Virus record (IMG/VR): IMGVR_UViG_2718217713_000001
Coordinates: 1 to 40,734 of that record
Direction: 5' to 3' (one strand)
Source of the DNA: a virus
Taxonomy: Duplodnaviria > Heunggongvirae > Uroviricota > Caudoviricetes
DNA length: 40,734 bases
The notes below the pieces were generated by a model, which saw only the letters and a list, made by a program, of their open reading frames with translations, did no database searches and had not been told where the DNA came from. Positions 29,116-39,320 of this stretch are shown one piece after another. How positions within the stretch are numbered: position 1 is the stretch's first letter; the number at the start of each line of letters is the position of its first letter. The translations under genes were made by a program, and so were the position numbers.

Positions 29116-29384
29116 TGAAAGAGCTTGAGTTAAAGAAACCGATTATCGCTCATGGCGAGACACTCTCCGTACTGGAGTTTGATGAACCCACCGGGAAGGA
29201 TGTCCGCGAGCTGGGGTATCCTTACCAGATGAATCAGGATGAGTCCGTCAGACTTCTGGCGCATGTGGTGTCGAAATACATTGTGCGGCTGGCGAAAGTG
29301 CCGCAAAGCTCTGTCGACCAGATGTCTCCGGCAGACCTGAATGCAGCGGCGTGGCTTGTGGCTGGTTTTTTCCTCCAGGCCTGA
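29115..29384 (+). CDS. Tail assembly chaperone (G-like, frame 0)
   Basis: 89 aa; contains slippery heptamer T_TTT_TTC at 29366..29372 near its 3' end. Confidence 0.6.
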   Translation: MKELELKKPIIAHGETLSVLEFDEPTGKDVRELGYPYQMNQDESVRLLAHVVSKYIVRLAKVPQSSVDQMSPADLNAAAWLVAGFFLQA

Positions 29385-29533
29385 CGGCTGAATACCTCAC
29401 TGATCGCTTCTTTGACTGCGCCAGTTACTGGCGCATTAATCCCTTCGAATTGCTGAATATGCCGATCAGTGAAATTCCCTTGCTGGTCAGTCAGGCAAAC
29501 AGGATAGAGCAGGAGAAACGCACACATGGCTGA
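29351..29533 (+). CDS. Tail assembly chaperone -1 frameshift extension (GT-like product)
   Basis: -1 frame ORF overlapping the chaperone 3' end and ending at the tape-measure start; classical G/GT arrangement. Confidence 0.5.
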   Translation: MACGWFFPPGLTAEYLTDRFFDCASYWRINPFELLNMPISEIPLLVSQANRIEQEKRTHG

Positions 29534-31358
29534 ATTTGAGCTTAAGGCGTTGATCACCGGTGTCGACAGGCTTTCTCCGGCGCTGTCGAAAATGCAAAAG
29601 AAAATCCGGGGATTTAAACGCCAGGCGGAAGAAGCGTCACAGGGTGGGCTGGCGCTTGGTGGCGGACTGGCAGCGGGTCTGACGCTTTCCCTGAAATCTT
29701 ATGCCGATCAGGAAAACGCCGCCACCGGGCTGAAAGTCGCCATGATGGATGCGAACGGCGAGGTCGGAAAGAGCTTTCAGGACATCAATAAACTGGCTAT
29801 TGGCCTGGGTAACCAGCTACCCGGTACAACGGCTGATTTTCAGAACATGATGCAGATGCTGGTGCGTCAGGGGATCCCGGCAGAAAACATTCTTGGCGGT
29901 GTGGGTAAAGCGACGGCTTATCTTGCGGTACAACTGAAAAAAACACCGGAAGCGGCTGCTGAGTTTGCCGCAAAGATGCAGGATGCTACCGGAACGGCGT
30001 CAGAAGACATGATGGGGCTGTTCGACACTATCCAGAAGGCGTTTTATCTGGGCGTTGACGATACCAACATGTTGTCCTTCTTCACTAAAACCAGCTCTGT
30101 TCTGAAGATGGTGAACAAGGACGGTCTTCAGGCTGCACAGAGCCTTGCCCCCATCAGCGTCATGATGGATCAGATGGGGATGAACGGGGAGTCGGCAGGT
30201 AACGCCCTGCGAAAAGTTATCCAGTCCGGATTAAGCGTTAAGAAAATCAGGGACGTCAATAAAATCATGGCCCGCCAGAAACTCGGGGTACAGCTCGATT
30301 TTACTGACGGCAAAGGGAGTTTTGGCGGTCTTGATAACATGTTCAGGCAACTGGCAAAGCTGCGAAAACTGACCGACGTTAAACGAACTGGTGTACTTAA
30401 GGCAATATTTGGTGATGATGCCGAAACCCTTCAGGTGGTCAATGCGCTGATCGATAAAGGAAAGGATGGCTACGATCAGATCCAGCAGAAGATGAATAAA
30501 CAGGCCAGCCTGAATAAACGTGTTCAGGCACAGCTTGGTACGCTGTCCAACCTGTGGGAGGCAATGACAGGGACCGCAACTAACGGCCTTGCGGCTATTG
30601 GCGGCGCATTTTCTGGTGACGCTAAAAATATCACGCAATGGCTGGGGGAGTTGGGGGAAAAATTCACGAAGTTTGCGGATGAAAATCCCCGGGTTATTCG
30701 CGGCGTCGTCGGGCTTGCTGCCGGTCTTGCGATTCTGAAACTGGGATTGATGGGCGTGGGCAGTGCCATCAGTATTGTCAGCAGGATCATGTCGATGACG
30801 CCGATTGGCATGATTGCGACGGCGATTGCTCTGGCTGCGGGATTAATTATCACTAACTGGGATGTTGTCGGACCTTATTTCAAGAAGCTCTGGGAAACCA
30901 TTGGTCCTTATTTTGAGGCTGGCTGGGAACTCCTTAAGAAAGTTTTTGCCTGGTCGCCGCTGGGGATGGTGATCAATAACTGGGGGCCGGTTGTTAAGTG
31001 GTTTCAGGATATGTGGGACAAGCTGAAGCCAATTATTGAGTGGTTTACCGACAGTTCCGGTGACACGGTCGATGCCATTAACTCTGCGCAGTGGGGCGCG
31101 GGTGCTTATGATGCTTATGGGACGGGAATACCGGCACGGGGATACACTCCTTATCCGGCGGTGGATCCGGCTCAGGCAAACAACGCCTCCGATGCCACAG
31201 GCCCGAATCCCTTCATGATTAATAAAGCTACCGCGCCAAAAGTTGATGGTGAGATCAAGGTATCATTTATAAATATGCCACCAGGTATGCGGGTTACGGA
31301 AACACGCTCCAGTGGCATTGATATAAATCACGATGTTGGCTATACCCGATTTTGGTAG
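29526..31358 (+). CDS. Tail tape measure protein
   Basis: 610 aa, Ala/Gly-rich with hydrophobic segment, follows the chaperone pair. Confidence 0.8.
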   Translation: MAEFELKALITGVDRLSPALSKMQKKIRGFKRQAEEASQGGLALGGGLAAGLTLSLKSYADQENAATGLKVAMMDANGEVGKSFQDINKLAIGLGNQLPGTTADFQNMMQMLVRQGIPAENILGGVGKATAYLAVQLKKTPEAAAEFAAKMQDATGTASEDMMGLFDTIQKAFYLGVDDTNMLSFFTKTSSVLKMVNKDGLQAAQSLAPISVMMDQMGMNGESAGNALRKVIQSGLSVKKIRDVNKIMARQKLGVQLDFTDGKGSFGGLDNMFRQLAKLRKLTDVKRTGVLKAIFGDDAETLQVVNALIDKGKDGYDQIQQKMNKQASLNKRVQAQLGTLSNLWEAMTGTATNGLAAIGGAFSGDAKNITQWLGELGEKFTKFADENPRVIRGVVGLAAGLAILKLGLMGVGSAISIVSRIMSMTPIGMIATAIALAAGLIITNWDVVGPYFKKLWETIGPYFEAGWELLKKVFAWSPLGMVINNWGPVVKWFQDMWDKLKPIIEWFTDSSGDTVDAINSAQWGAGAYDAYGTGIPARGYTPYPAVDPAQANNASDATGPNPFMINKATAPKVDGEIKVSFINMPPGMRVTETRSSGIDINHDVGYTRFW

Positions 31359-31386
31359 CCAGGATTCCCCTCACATGTATTGCTGG

Positions 31387-31414
31387 TTGTAAGTCATAAA
31401 TAGAGTGATAGAAT
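31387..31414 (+). promoter_or_regulatory. Candidate sigma70 promoter for the tail-module moron
   Basis: TTGTAA-N16-TAGAAT in the AT-rich spacer after the tape-measure gene. Confidence 0.35.
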
Positions 31415-31449
31415 TAATGCACATTTAGAAAAATGTTAATAGGCGAAAA

Positions 31450-31980
31450 ATGAAAGGCTATATCACAGCAAGTGTAATTCTTGGAGCAGCGGCTATTTTT
31501 TCATCTCTCATAATCTCTGGCAACATCTCCTTTAAAGATGAACATATTATTCAGTTATCTGGAGGAGCCATAAAACTTGGTGATGTTTATAAAGAAAATA
31601 AATTGATAAGTGCAAAGATTATTTTTCCAGATAATCAGGGTGAACAGATTCTTGTTGTCGACGGCAATCCTGAAAACTTTAAGGAGGATTTTCAGGAGAA
31701 ATTAAATAAAGTAATAAAAACTTTAAATGCGTCAAAGAAAAAAGATGAAGAGAAAGTTAGTCTGGATAATTTAAGTGTTATTGAAGAGTCTAAACTAGAG
31801 CTCGTTTCTGCGGTGCGTTACTCTGCTCAGTATGTTCCTATGTTTACTCTGACGCTGGACAAAAAAGAAATTACCATGCCTAAAAATACGGTAATATTTC
31901 CATTTGCCAGCGATGAAACAGCTAAGTATTTAAATGAACAACAGCAAAAGTATAAAGATTCGTTGTTTCTGACTCGCTAA
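31450..31980 (+). CDS. AT-rich exported/membrane-anchored protein (moron within tail module)
   Basis: 176 aa, N-terminal signal/anchor helix (ITASVILGAAAIFSSLIISG), Lys/Glu-rich; low GC; own terminator. Confidence 0.5.
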   Translation: MKGYITASVILGAAAIFSSLIISGNISFKDEHIIQLSGGAIKLGDVYKENKLISAKIIFPDNQGEQILVVDGNPENFKEDFQEKLNKVIKTLNASKKKDEEKVSLDNLSVIEESKLELVSAVRYSAQYVPMFTLTLDKKEITMPKNTVIFPFASDETAKYLNEQQQKYKDSLFLTR

Positions 31981-32000
31981 TTAATAAAATTCATTACAAG

Positions 32001-32030
32001 GCCACCTTCTAATAGGTGGCTTTTTTATTT
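32001..32030 (+). terminator. Intrinsic terminator of the tail-module moron
   Basis: 7-bp stem GCCACCT/AGGTGGC, 6-nt loop, followed by TTTTTTATTT. Confidence 0.8.
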
Positions 32031-32041
32031 TCGGAGTGTAT

Positions 32042-33370
32042 ATGACGTGGAAAGACAGGCTTCAGGATGCGTCATTTCGAGGTGTGCCGTTTAAGGTTGA
32101 AGAAGAAAGTGCGGGAACCGGTCGCCGTGTGGAAACACATGAATACCCGAACCGCGACAAGCCCTATACCGAAGATCTGGGAAAAGTCACTTTCCGCCCG
32201 TCCATCACAGCTTATGTGGTGGGAGATGACTGCTTTGACCAGCGCGATCGCCTGATTGAAGCGCTGAATAAACCCGGTCCCGGCACGCTTGTCCACCCGA
32301 CATATGGTGAGCTGAAAGTCTGTGTTGACGGGGAAGTTCGGGTCAGCACATCGAAAAGTGAAGGGCGTATTGTCCGCTTTGACCTGAAGTTTGTCGAAGC
32401 AGGAGAACTCTCTTACCCCACATCAGGTGCGGCGACGGCGCAGACGCTGATGTCATCCTGTTCTGCACTGGATGACTGCATCAGTGACAGCTTCAGCGGT
32501 TTCAGTATCGATGGCGTGGCAGATTTTGTGCAGAACGATGTCGTCGGTAATGCCAGCACAATGCTTGGGTATGTTTCTGATGCGATGAAAGTGGTGGATT
32601 CTGCCGTATCGGATGCCGCCAGGCTGTTGCAGGGGGATATCTCGGTACTTCTGCCGCCGCCATCGTCAGGCAAAAATTTCGTTGAGCAGGTGCAGAAAAT
32701 GTGGCGTACCGGGAAACGCCTTTATGGTAACGCCAGCGACCTGGTCACCATGATCAAAACGCTTTCCGGTGTCAGCCTCGGCAGCGATCTGCAACCGCGC
32801 GGCGTCTGGAAAACGGACAGTAAAACCACCGCCACGGCGACGCAGCAGCGTAACGTGGTTGCCAGCACCCTTCGTACGACCGCAATCAGCGAAGCGGCGT
32901 ATGCCGTCACCCGATTGCCTGCGCCAACAACTTCCGCGGTGATGCAGAATTCCGCAGTGGGGCAGGCAACAACACCCGCGCAGAGTACTGGCTGGCCTTC
33001 CGTCACGCATCCGGCACTGAACAATGCACCGGCGGTGAAAAACACGGTTGACCTGCCGACGTGGGAAGAACTGACTGACATTCGCGACACACTGAATACG
33101 GCAATTGATAAGGAGTTGTCCCGTACAACCAGCGATGCGCTGTTTCTGGCGCTGCGCCGGGTGAAAGCAGATCTGAATGCGGATATCAATACGCGCCTTG
33201 AACAGTCTGCACGGATCATTCAGCGCACACCGGATGAGGTTTTACCCGCGCTGGTGCTGGCGGCGACCTGGTTTGATAACGCGGCGCGTGACGCGGACAT
33301 TATCCGGCGTAATGCCATTACGCATCCCGGCTTTGTGCCGGTGATCCCTCTGAAGGTGCCAGTGCAATGA
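32042..33370 (+). CDS. DNA circularisation protein (Mu N-like)
   Basis: ORF track 32036..33370; ATG at 32042 after GGAG; conserved position after tape measure in Mu-like tails. Confidence 0.65.
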   Translation: MTWKDRLQDASFRGVPFKVEEESAGTGRRVETHEYPNRDKPYTEDLGKVTFRPSITAYVVGDDCFDQRDRLIEALNKPGPGTLVHPTYGELKVCVDGEVRVSTSKSEGRIVRFDLKFVEAGELSYPTSGAATAQTLMSSCSALDDCISDSFSGFSIDGVADFVQNDVVGNASTMLGYVSDAMKVVDSAVSDAARLLQGDISVLLPPPSSGKNFVEQVQKMWRTGKRLYGNASDLVTMIKTLSGVSLGSDLQPRGVWKTDSKTTATATQQRNVVASTLRTTAISEAAYAVTRLPAPTTSAVMQNSAVGQATTPAQSTGWPSVTHPALNNAPAVKNTVDLPTWEELTDIRDTLNTAIDKELSRTTSDALFLALRRVKADLNADINTRLEQSARIIQRTPDEVLPALVLAATWFDNAARDADIIRRNAITHPGFVPVIPLKVPVQ

Positions 33371-34446
33371 ACGACAATGTCACGCTACGGGTAAATGGCC
33401 GGGAGTGGAATGGCTGGACATCGGTGCGCATCGGTGCCGGTATTGAACGGCTGGCGCGGGATTTCAGTGTGGAGATCACCCGCCAGTGGCCGGGTGATGA
33501 GGGTATCACCACGCTTCAGCCGCGCATTAAAAACGGTTCAAAAGTGGAGGTGCTGATTGGTGATGAGCTGGTGATCACCGGCTGGGTGGAGGCTACGCCC
33601 GTTCGTTACGATGCCCGTTCGGTCAGCACCGGTATTGCCGGACGCAGTCTGACCGCTGACCTGATTGATTGTGCAGCCGAACCGACACAGTTTAACGGAC
33701 GATCACTGGTACAGATTGCGCAGGCGCTTGCTGCGCCTTTCGGCATTGAGGTGGTGAACAGCGATGCGCCGTCGGGTGTTATTCCGGATGTCCAGCCTGA
33801 TCACGGTGAAACGGTGATCGAGGTGATCAACAAAATACTCGGTCAGCAGCAGGCACTGGCTTACGACGACCCGCACGGCAGGCTGGTGATTGGCGGTATT
33901 GGCTCAACGCGGGCACATACTGCGCTGGTACTCGGGGAAAACATCCTTTCCTGCGATACGGAGAAGAGTATCCGGGAGCGGTTTTCTGTTTACCAGGTGG
34001 CGGGGCAGCGTGCCGGAAACGACGATGATTTCGGTGAGGCCACCACCACCGCGCTGCGGGCCCGCACAGAGGACGCATTTATTGCCCGTTACCGTCCGAT
34101 GTATATCAGGCAGACAGGGCAGGCTACGGGGGCAGGCTGTATTGCCCGTGCGGACTTTGAAGCCAGACAACGGGCGGCGCGGACGGATGAAACCACCTAT
34201 GTGGTGCAGGGCTGGCGACAGGGTAACGGTACGCTGTGGCAGCCCAACCAGCGGGTGATTGTCTTTGATCCTGTCTGTGGTTTCGACAATACCGAACTGC
34301 TTGTTTCGGAAGTCACGTTTACTCAGGACCAGAACGGCACCCTGACGGAAATCCGTGTCGGCCCACCTGATGCTTATCTGCCTGAACCCGAAGCCCCCGG
34401 CGCGCGGAAAAAGAAAAAAGCCAGAGTACAGGAGGACCCGTTCTGA
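33367..34446 (+). CDS. Baseplate hub protein (Mu P-like)
   Basis: 359 aa, conserved order. Confidence 0.65.
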   Translation: MNDNVTLRVNGREWNGWTSVRIGAGIERLARDFSVEITRQWPGDEGITTLQPRIKNGSKVEVLIGDELVITGWVEATPVRYDARSVSTGIAGRSLTADLIDCAAEPTQFNGRSLVQIAQALAAPFGIEVVNSDAPSGVIPDVQPDHGETVIEVINKILGQQQALAYDDPHGRLVIGGIGSTRAHTALVLGENILSCDTEKSIRERFSVYQVAGQRAGNDDDFGEATTTALRARTEDAFIARYRPMYIRQTGQATGAGCIARADFEARQRAARTDETTYVVQGWRQGNGTLWQPNQRVIVFDPVCGFDNTELLVSEVTFTQDQNGTLTEIRVGPPDAYLPEPEAPGARKKKKARVQEDPF

Positions 34447-34994
34447 TGAGGACGATTGAAGCCATGCAGCGACAACTCCTCGGCCTGATTGGGCGGGCGG
34501 TGGTGAAAAGCATCAGTGCCGCCACGAAATGTCAGACCGTGGATGTGTCCCTGATTGCCGGTGAACCCAAAGCCGGGGTTGAACATCTTGAACCCTACGG
34601 TTTTACCGCAAGGGCAAACAGCGGTGCGGAAGCGGTGGTGTTGTTTCCGGATGGTGACCGTTCTCATGCGGTGGTTGTTACGGTGTCGGACCGGCGCTAC
34701 CGCCTGAAAGGGCTGCAGACGGGTGAGGTGGCTGTCTATGACGATCAGGGGCAGTCCGTGACGCTGACCCGGGAGGGGATCGTGGTGGACGGTGCAGGTA
34801 AAACGATCACGTTTCGCAATTCACCTAAAGCACGTTTTGAAATGGACCTGGAAGTGACAGGACAGGTGAAAGACCTGTGCGACTCCAGCGGCACCACCAT
34901 GTCAGCGATGCGGCTTGCCTATAACGGGCATCGTCACAGAGAGAACGGTCAGGGCAGTAACACCGACAAACCTGATAAAGCGATGGAGGCATGA
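34446..34994 (+). CDS. Baseplate spike/assembly protein V-like
   Basis: 182 aa, conserved order. Confidence 0.6.
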   Translation: MRTIEAMQRQLLGLIGRAVVKSISAATKCQTVDVSLIAGEPKAGVEHLEPYGFTARANSGAEAVVLFPDGDRSHAVVVTVSDRRYRLKGLQTGEVAVYDDQGQSVTLTREGIVVDGAGKTITFRNSPKARFEMDLEVTGQVKDLCDSSGTTMSAMRLAYNGHRHRENGQGSNTDKPDKAMEA

Positions 34995-35419
34995 TGGAAC
35001 TGTGGCTGACGGTGAACGGTAAACGCACCTGCGCCAGCGCACCGCTGGATCCGCTGACCCGCGCCGTGGTGATTTCCCTGTTTACCTGGCGGCGGGCGGA
35101 GCCTGATGACAACGCCGACGTCCCGATGGGATGGTGGGGGGATACCTGGCCTGCGGTACAGAATGACCGTTACGGCTCCCGACTGTGGCTGCTTCAGCGC
35201 AGCAAACTGACCAATCAGCTGGTGCAGACGGTAAGGGGGTATATCCGCGAATGCCTGCAATGGATGATTGATGACGGCGTGGTGTCCCGTATTGATCTGG
35301 ATATCCGCCGCACCGGGATTAATGAACTGGGTAACAGTATCACTCTCTGGCGTCGTGACGGACCGGTAATGATTTCTTTTGATGATCTGTGGAGTGCGAT
35401 AACGCATGGCGGACAGTGA
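34991..35419 (+). CDS. Baseplate protein (Mu gp46 / gp25-like)
   Basis: 142 aa, conserved order. Confidence 0.55.
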   Translation: MMELWLTVNGKRTCASAPLDPLTRAVVISLFTWRRAEPDDNADVPMGWWGDTWPAVQNDRYGSRLWLLQRSKLTNQLVQTVRGYIRECLQWMIDDGVVSRIDLDIRRTGINELGNSITLWRRDGPVMISFDDLWSAITHGGQ

Positions 35420-36464
35420 ATTTCAGCGCCCGACGCTGGCAGAAAATATCAGTATGCTCCGTAACGATTTATTCGCCAGGCTGGACGTCAGCGACACGCT
35501 CCGGCGCATGGATGAAGACGTGCGGGCAAAGGTGTATGCGGCGGCGCTGCATACGGTTTACGGGTACATCGATTATCTGGCAATGAACATGCTGCCTGAC
35601 TTGTGCGATGAGTCCTGGCTGGCGCGACATGCTGCGATGAAACGATGTCCGCGCAAGGGGGCCACGGCTGCCAGCGGGTATATGCGCTGGGAAGGTGTCA
35701 GCGATGGCCTGAAGGTGACCGCCGGGAGTGTTATTCAGCGCGATGACCTGGTGCAGTACACGGCAACTGCCGATGCAACCAGCTCCGGTGGTGTCCTGCG
35801 CGTGCCGATCGCCTGCTCAAATGCAGGCGCGGTCGGTAACGCTGACGACGGTACGGCATTAATCCTGGTCACGCCGGTGAATGGTCTGCCGTCTTCCGGT
35901 GTGGCTGACACCCTGACAGGCGGATTTGATACTGAAGAGCTGGAAACGTGGCGCGCCCGCGTCATTGAGCGGTATTACTGGACGCCGCAGGGCGGGGCTG
36001 ACGGGGACTATGTCGTCTGGGCTAAAGAAGTGCCCGGCATTACCCGCGCATGGACATACCGTCACTGGATGGGAACGGGAACTGTCGGTGTGATGATTGC
36101 CAGCAGTGACCTGATTAATCCCATTCCGGAAGAATCAACGGAAACGGCGGCAAGACAACATATCGAGCCACTGGCCCCGGTGGCAGGCTCTGATTTGTAT
36201 GTGTTCAGGCCGGTGGCACATACGGTGGATTTTCATATCCGCGTGACGCCGGACACACCGGAAATACGGGCTGCCATCACCGCGGAGTTGCGTTCGTTCC
36301 TGCTGCGTGATGGTTATCCGCAGGGAGAACTGAAGGTATCGCGTATCAGTGAGGCGATTTCCGGTGCGAACGGGGAATACAGCCATCAGTTGCTTGCACC
36401 GGCAGACAATATCTCCATTGCGAAAAACGAACTGGCGGTACTGGGGACGATTTCATGGACGTGA
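35406..36464 (+). CDS. Baseplate J-like protein
   Basis: 352 aa, conserved order before tail fibre genes. Confidence 0.75.
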   Translation: MADSEFQRPTLAENISMLRNDLFARLDVSDTLRRMDEDVRAKVYAAALHTVYGYIDYLAMNMLPDLCDESWLARHAAMKRCPRKGATAASGYMRWEGVSDGLKVTAGSVIQRDDLVQYTATADATSSGGVLRVPIACSNAGAVGNADDGTALILVTPVNGLPSSGVADTLTGGFDTEELETWRARVIERYYWTPQGGADGDYVVWAKEVPGITRAWTYRHWMGTGTVGVMIASSDLINPIPEESTETAARQHIEPLAPVAGSDLYVFRPVAHTVDFHIRVTPDTPEIRAAITAELRSFLLRDGYPQGELKVSRISEAISGANGEYSHQLLAPADNISIAKNELAVLGTISWT

Positions 36465-37039
36465 CAAACGATGATTACATCCGTCTGTTGTCAGCACTGT
36501 TGCCGCCCGGTCCGGCGTGGTCAGCCAGCGATCCGGCGATTGCCGGTGCGGCACCGTCATTAACCCGTGTTCATCAGCGTGCGGATGCCCTGATGCAGGA
36601 GCTGGATCCGCGCACCACCACCGAACTGATAAACCGCTGGGAGCGTCTGTGCGGCCTGCCGGATGAATGTATTCCGGCAGGGACGCAGACCCTTCGCCAG
36701 CGTCAGCAACGGCTGGATGCGAAGGTTAACCTGGCGGGCGGCATCAATGAGGATTTTTATCTTGCACAGCTTGCTGCCCTGGGCAGACCAGACGCCACCA
36801 TCACGCGATACGACAAAAGCACGTTCACCTGCTCATCGGCCTGTACTGACGCGGTGAATGCGCCGGAATGGCGGTATTACTGGCAGGTCAACATGCCAGC
36901 CGCCACCAACACCACCTGGATGACATGTGGCGATCCCTGTGATTCCGCGCTGCGCTTCTGGGGGGACACCGTTGTCGAGTGTGTTCTTAACAAACTCTGC
37001 CCGTCGCATACCTATGTGATTTTTAAATATCCGGAGTAA
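36455..37039 (+). CDS. Tail protein, DUF2313/YmfQ-like (Mu gp48-like)
   Basis: 194 aa; precedes side tail fibre as in e14/Mu-like tails. Confidence 0.6.
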   Translation: MDVTNDDYIRLLSALLPPGPAWSASDPAIAGAAPSLTRVHQRADALMQELDPRTTTELINRWERLCGLPDECIPAGTQTLRQRQQRLDAKVNLAGGINEDFYLAQLAALGRPDATITRYDKSTFTCSSACTDAVNAPEWRYYWQVNMPAATNTTWMTCGDPCDSALRFWGDTVVECVLNKLCPSHTYVIFKYPE

Positions 37040-37042
37040 TCC

Positions 37043-37708
37043 ATGCATCGTATAGACACGAAAACCGCGCAGAAGGATAAGTTCGGCGCGGGTAAGAACG
37101 GTTTTACCCGTGGTAACCCCCAGACCGGCACGCCTGCCACCGATCTGGATGATGACTACTTTGACATGTTGCAGGAGGAGCTTTGCAGCGTTGTGGAGGC
37201 ATCCGGTGCCAGCCTGGAGAAGGGGCGGCATGACCAGCTGCTTACCGCGCTTCGTGCGCTGCTGTTAAGCCGCAAGAATCCGTTTGGCGATATCAAATCG
37301 GATGGCACGGTGAAAACAGCTCTCGAAAACCTTGGTTTGGGAGAAGCGGCAAAACTTGGCGCTGCTGTAGGGGTAACGGGTAATACCGGGAGAATATTGA
37401 TCCCGGCTTTAATTGGTGGGGTTGAACAAAATATCATTTTCCAGTGGGTCTCTGGATTTCTTTCCGATTCGACTGGAGTAGCAACCGTGACATTACCTAT
37501 GGCATTTCCTAACGCTCTGTTTCATGCCACTGCGATTGACTCAGGTGCTTCTGCTAGCTCGTGGAATGGATCGGCCGGCACAACGTGGGGCTTCGATATT
37601 GGTGGCTCTACCAGAACGACAGTCAAAGTTCGTGTTTTAAGAACAACTAATGGGACTTCATGGGCGGGTGCTTCAGCTGCCGGTTGTTTATTCGCAATAG
37701 GTTATTAA
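37043..37708 (+). CDS. Side tail fibre protein (constant N-terminus + invertible C-terminus)
   Basis: 221 aa; crossover site lies inside the gene at 37320..37345, so the C-terminal part is encoded within the invertible segment. Confidence 0.7.
   Translation: MHRIDTKTAQKDKFGAGKNGFTRGNPQTGTPATDLDDDYFDMLQEELCSVVEASGASLEKGRHDQLLTALRALLLSRKNPFGDIKSDGTVKTALENLGLGEAAKLGAAVGVTGNTGRILIPALIGGVEQNIIFQWVSGFLSDSTGVATVTLPMAFPNALFHATAIDSGASASSWNGSAGTTWGFDIGGSTRTTVKVRVLRTTNGTSWAGASAAGCLFAIGY
37320..37345. other. Left DNA-invertase crossover site (hix/gix-like)
   Basis: CTCTCGAAAACC-TT-GGTTTGGGAGAA; resembles the Hin/Gin site GAAAACC..GGTTT; mirrored by the site at 38922..38947. Confidence 0.6.
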
Positions 37709-37709
37709 C

Positions 37710-38126
37710 ATGAAAACAAGATACTTTTATGACGCCGTTGATAACGGATTTTATATTGAACCTGAAAGCAGGTTTATTCCTGAATCAGCTATTGAAATCA
37801 GTGTTAACCTCTACAACCAATTTGCTGGTATTGCCTGGCCTGAAGGTAAAATGCTTGGTGCAGATAGCACTGGACTGCCCGCTTGGGTCGATGCGCCGCC
37901 TCCAACGCATGAAGAGCAAATAGCGGCGGCAGAACAATATCGCCAGCAACGGCTACAGCAGATTGACGAAGTAACCGCCGACTGGCGGGTTGAATTAATG
38001 CTCGGCGATATAAGTGACGAGGATAAAGCGAAATTGTCTGAGTGGATGGCGCATAAAAAAGCGGTGAAAGCCGTCGATACGTCAACGGCCCCTGATGTCA
38101 TCTGGCCTGAACAGCCGGAGGCGTAG
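37710..38126 (+). CDS. Tail fibre assembly protein
   Basis: 138 aa, follows tail fibre; shares the PAWVDAPPPTHEE motif with the inverted alternate copy. Confidence 0.75.
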   Translation: MKTRYFYDAVDNGFYIEPESRFIPESAIEISVNLYNQFAGIAWPEGKMLGADSTGLPAWVDAPPPTHEEQIAAAEQYRQQRLQQIDEVTADWRVELMLGDISDEDKAKLSEWMAHKKAVKAVDTSTAPDVIWPEQPEA

Positions 38127-38541
38127 GCCATTCAATATCTGGCGCACCGGAAGTATCAACCAGTTCCAGTGCGTCCAGATAATCCAGCCACAAATTATAT
38201 TGCGCCAGTTCGTCACCTTTCAGACGACCAATAGCGGCTTTACCGGGCCATTGTTTACTGTTCATGTATTCGTTGGCCTGGTTAATTAGTAGCTGTCTTT
38301 CTGATTCAGTAATTTCAATAAGCTCTTCATGCGTGGGTGGAGGAATATCAGCCCACGCAGGCAGCGCATCATCTCCGGCAATACGGACTTTTCCTTGTGG
38401 CGGTTCAGCCATAAACTCACTGACAATATTTTGATTCACTTCTTTCACATCTGATAAATCCCATCCCTCTGATTTATATTTATCAATCATATCCACAGGG
38501 AAAAAAGCATTATGTCTGGCACTATAAACATATTTGTTCAT
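38098..38541 (-). CDS. Alternate tail fibre assembly protein (inverted orientation)
   Basis: ORF track 38098..38583; ATG at 38541 after AGGGTGA; PAWADIPPPTHEE motif. Confidence 0.7.
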   Translation of the reverse strand: MNKYVYSARHNAFFPVDMIDKYKSEGWDLSDVKEVNQNIVSEFMAEPPQGKVRIAGDDALPAWADIPPPTHEELIEITESERQLLINQANEYMNSKQWPGKAAIGRLKGDELAQYNLWLDYLDALELVDTSGAPDIEWPTPPAVQAR

Positions 38542-38561
38542 ATAAATCACCCTGAATAAAA

Positions 38562-38933
38562 TTACTCGCCAACAGCCCACCAACAGTAATTCATGGTAAC
38601 AGTTGGACTTGTCGAGGTTGTTCTAAAGGCAGAATAAAACCCTGTTAACCCTGGCTCTTCAGTTGTCATCATAAAACCACGACCACTCCCGGCAGTTGAA
38701 CCACCATCACCAGAATGTGAAAGCAAGGCAATATCAGCTTTTTTAGGGAAAGGTATATTAAATTCTACCCGTAGTGTCTGACTCGCAAGCGTAGGAGACA
38801 CACGCCCACGACCATATTGCAGGATTTTCCCGTTGGGTAATTTCATCCATCCATCACCACTGGCAAAAGAGGCCATGTCCGGTATCTGATTTTCCCCTGT
38901 TCCCACATTTCGTTTCGCCGCTTCTCCCAAACC
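38562..38933 (-). CDS. Alternate tail-fibre C-terminal segment (start-less, expressed only after inversion)
   Basis: Minus-strand reading frame open from the right crossover site; encodes LGEAAK... matching the junction of the plus-strand fibre gene. Confidence 0.55.
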   Translation of the reverse strand, partial: GLGEAAKRNVGTGENQIPDMASFASGDGWMKLPNGKILQYGRGRVSPTLASQTLRVEFNIPFPKKADIALLSHSGDGGSTAGSGRGFMMTTEEPGLTGFYSAFRTTSTSPTVTMNYCWWAVGE

Positions 38934-38947
38934 AACGTTTATGAAAA
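38922..38947. other. Right DNA-invertase crossover site (inverted copy)
   Basis: TTCTCCCAAACC-AA-CGTTTATGAAAA; left half is the reverse complement of the right half of the 37320..37345 site. Confidence 0.6.
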
Positions 38948-39001
38948 TGCAGAAATAACGAGCAAATGGCATCATTCCTGCTTTTGTCAGGGAGATCTAC
39001 C

Positions 39002-39316
39002 ATGCTTATTGGCTATGTACGTGTGTCAACAAATGACCAGAACACCGATCTGCAACGTAATGCACTGAACTGCGCGGGATGTGAGCGGATTTTTGAGGAT
39101 ACAATCAGTGGCACTAAGTCCGACAGACCAGGGCTGAAAAAACTGCTCAGGACATTATCGGCAGGTGACACTCTGGTTGTCTGGAAGCTGGATCGGCTGG
39201 GGCGCAGTATGCGGCATCTTGTCGTGCTGGTGGAGGAGTTGCGCGAACAAGGTGTTAACTTTAGTAGTTATGTTATTACAGGTGGGGGATTTCTCCCCCT
39301 TATGCAGATTTTCTAG
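39002..39316 (+). pseudogene. pin: Serine DNA invertase Pin/Gin/Hin family, 3'-truncated after about codon 86
   Basis: MLIGYVRVSTNDQNTDLQRNAL...GDTLVVWKLDRLGRSM matches the invertase N-terminus; similarity stops after ...GVNF and the frame ends 18 codons later; a full invertase is about 185-190 aa. Confidence 0.7.
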
Positions 39317-39320
39317 TTAA

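Noticed and set aside
32666-33219. Minus-strand ORFs (114 and 165 aa) inside the DNA circularisation gene
   Set aside because: Antisense overlap with a conserved tail gene, Cys/Arg-rich translation typical of GC-rich antisense frames
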